From Balanoglossus misakiensis (lineage: Eukaryota > Animalia > Hemichordata): a stretch of DNA of 64,000 bases. Numbering within the stretch: the first letter of the stretch is position 1; every line of letters starts with the position of its first letter. Below the pieces are notes generated by a model. It had not been told where the DNA came from. It saw only the letters and a program-made list of their open reading frames with translations, and did no database searches. The stretch lies in contig CM082579.2 in assembly GCA_040954595.2 (NCBI GenBank), forward strand, positions 14,484,550 to 14,548,549. Reading direction: 5' to 3'. Positions 62,322 to 64,000 of the stretch are shown in pieces. Made by a program: the position numbers and the translations under genes.

Positions 62322-64000
62322 GTCAAAGACACAGTGACACAAACACAGCGAGGGAGACAACAGGCCCTTTCATGCTTAAACCCCTGTTCTTCTGTTATAA
62401 ACTTTGAAAACCGTTCGTTTTCAGACTGCAGATTGCTCGAATAACGCGACACACTGCCGAAACAATAAAACAAATACTAGTGGGAGCTCATAAAATAAAA
62501 TCGCTCAACCATTCCGTCGTCCTGAGTGACCTCAGCCACATTAATTCCGACGTCTTTTTAGGGTCATGAAAAAAGTCACAAATAAGGTATTTCCCCTAGG
62601 TCCACCTGAAGCAAAAAGTTTTCGTTTCGACTCCATCATTCCGAATAATAAGAAAGCAACAAAATTGAAAAGACAGATGTAAAATGCACTCTCTCTCACG
62701 TGGTAACGTTTGTAACTATGGCAATCACGGTACGTGTTCAGTACACAGACAGGGAGAAAAGTTTCTCCATGCAATACATGTGTTCAGTAAGGTTTGACCT
62801 TGGTTTTACATTGTACCATGATCGCCGCTTTCTAAGCATGGATGAACGACGGCGGTCAGACCCAATCGAACCCTTTCATGTCAGATGACCACGGTATCTC
62901 CACTGTGAGATGACATTTGACAAACCATTTGATTTCAACAAAATCTTCGCGTCGTCAACGCGTCGCATACCAGTCGCATATCGGTATTTACCCAATCATA
63001 AAAGTTGGAAATTCGGGAGACTCGATCTGCAACCAAGTTGAGAGTAAATTTTGACGTTTGACTATTGGCAAGTAAACAGGTTACACAATGACTTGTCGGT
63101 TTTTCCTCCGTCATGGTCGTTCTCGACCCAAGTCCCCCCTCCCAATGTCCTTCCTTGACATTTAGACACACCTTGCGGTATGACCTTGGTGGTCATGTGC
63201 AATTAGTTTTCTTGTATAAAAGCTTTTCATGCCGGGGTAGACGACTTGTGCGTGGATCATCAACATTTCAGTGATATTTCAACGCAAAGTTTTAGCAATA
63301 TTAAGAAAACAGGTAGTGAGGTGTCAAATGCATATCAATGTACGAAAATTAGGTCAAGCCACCCGACAGCAACCGCTTTCACACAGTGTCGGACGTTGCA
63401 CGGAATGTGAAACGTTACACTGCTTCGGCCGTTCACATGCACCTGGGCGTGGGTTTGATTGATGGTCAAACGCCCCCACTTACTTTGGGCGTTTTCAATG
63501 GTAAATGTGTCGTATTGATCAAAACCTTGCCGTAAACACATTTTTTTTGCTGAATCAACATTCAGAGTTCAGCCGTCTAGTTAACGAAGTATTGAAGTAA
63601 GCCACTTGTTCATCATTTTTTGTCTGTCAAACGTGTTTATTCGGACAGGGACCTGCCGCCAATGAGGGGTTTAGGGAGCCCACACGTACACTCTGGTACC
63701 TGGACAATTAACATAGACATGTCGTGTGTACCGTCCGGTTCGAAAAGATTGGTTTAAGGTAGTCCTGGTAACAGTCATCCTAACGAGGCCAGGGGAGGTC
63801 TCCAAGGGCGAAATAAACATAGCTACCGATGACGAGTCGAATTCGAATCGGACGATGCTTGTTCATAAAAGGCACAGACATAAAGCTTCGAAGTTTTTTG
63901 TCTGTGTAGTAAAGATACGACTAATCAGCCTATAGTGTAACCGTAGACCCTGGAGAAATACCAGAGCACAGCACAATGCAGCAAATGGAGTGAAACAAGA

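Noticed and set aside
58975-63935. Short ORFs (60-95 aa) in the right flank
   Set aside because: They have no recognisable domains, several overlap MITEs or microsatellites, and no convincing splice structure is visible.

Overview
This is eukaryotic (metazoan, probably invertebrate) DNA spanning the edge of a large satellite array, with no supportable intact protein-coding gene. Bases 1-54757 are a head-to-tail, single-orientation array of an AT-rich ~78-bp monomer (consensus ATCATGGGTGAAAATCATCAAAAAATGACAAATTTTCGACTTTGCAAAATCTCAAAATTTCGTCGATTTTTGAAAAAA). The array shows nested kb-scale duplications, three spatial layers of sequence variants and a degenerating outer edge, which is consistent with a (peri)centromeric boundary. 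The ORFs called in the array are artefacts of the 78-bp (26-codon) period. The remaining ~9 kb is a nest of transposons. An old repeat-containing, possibly Helentron/HINE-like element (54758-59380) is interrupted by a 5'-truncated, dead non-LTR retrotransposon (minus strand, ~55640-58778). That retrotransposon is in turn interrupted by a 795-bp TTAA-flanked TIR element (Kolobok-like). Two related TTAA-flanked foldback MITEs follow, and their cores are inverted relative to each other. I found no evidence of a novel enzymatic system. The most interesting signals are the satellite architecture and a possible transposon origin of the array.
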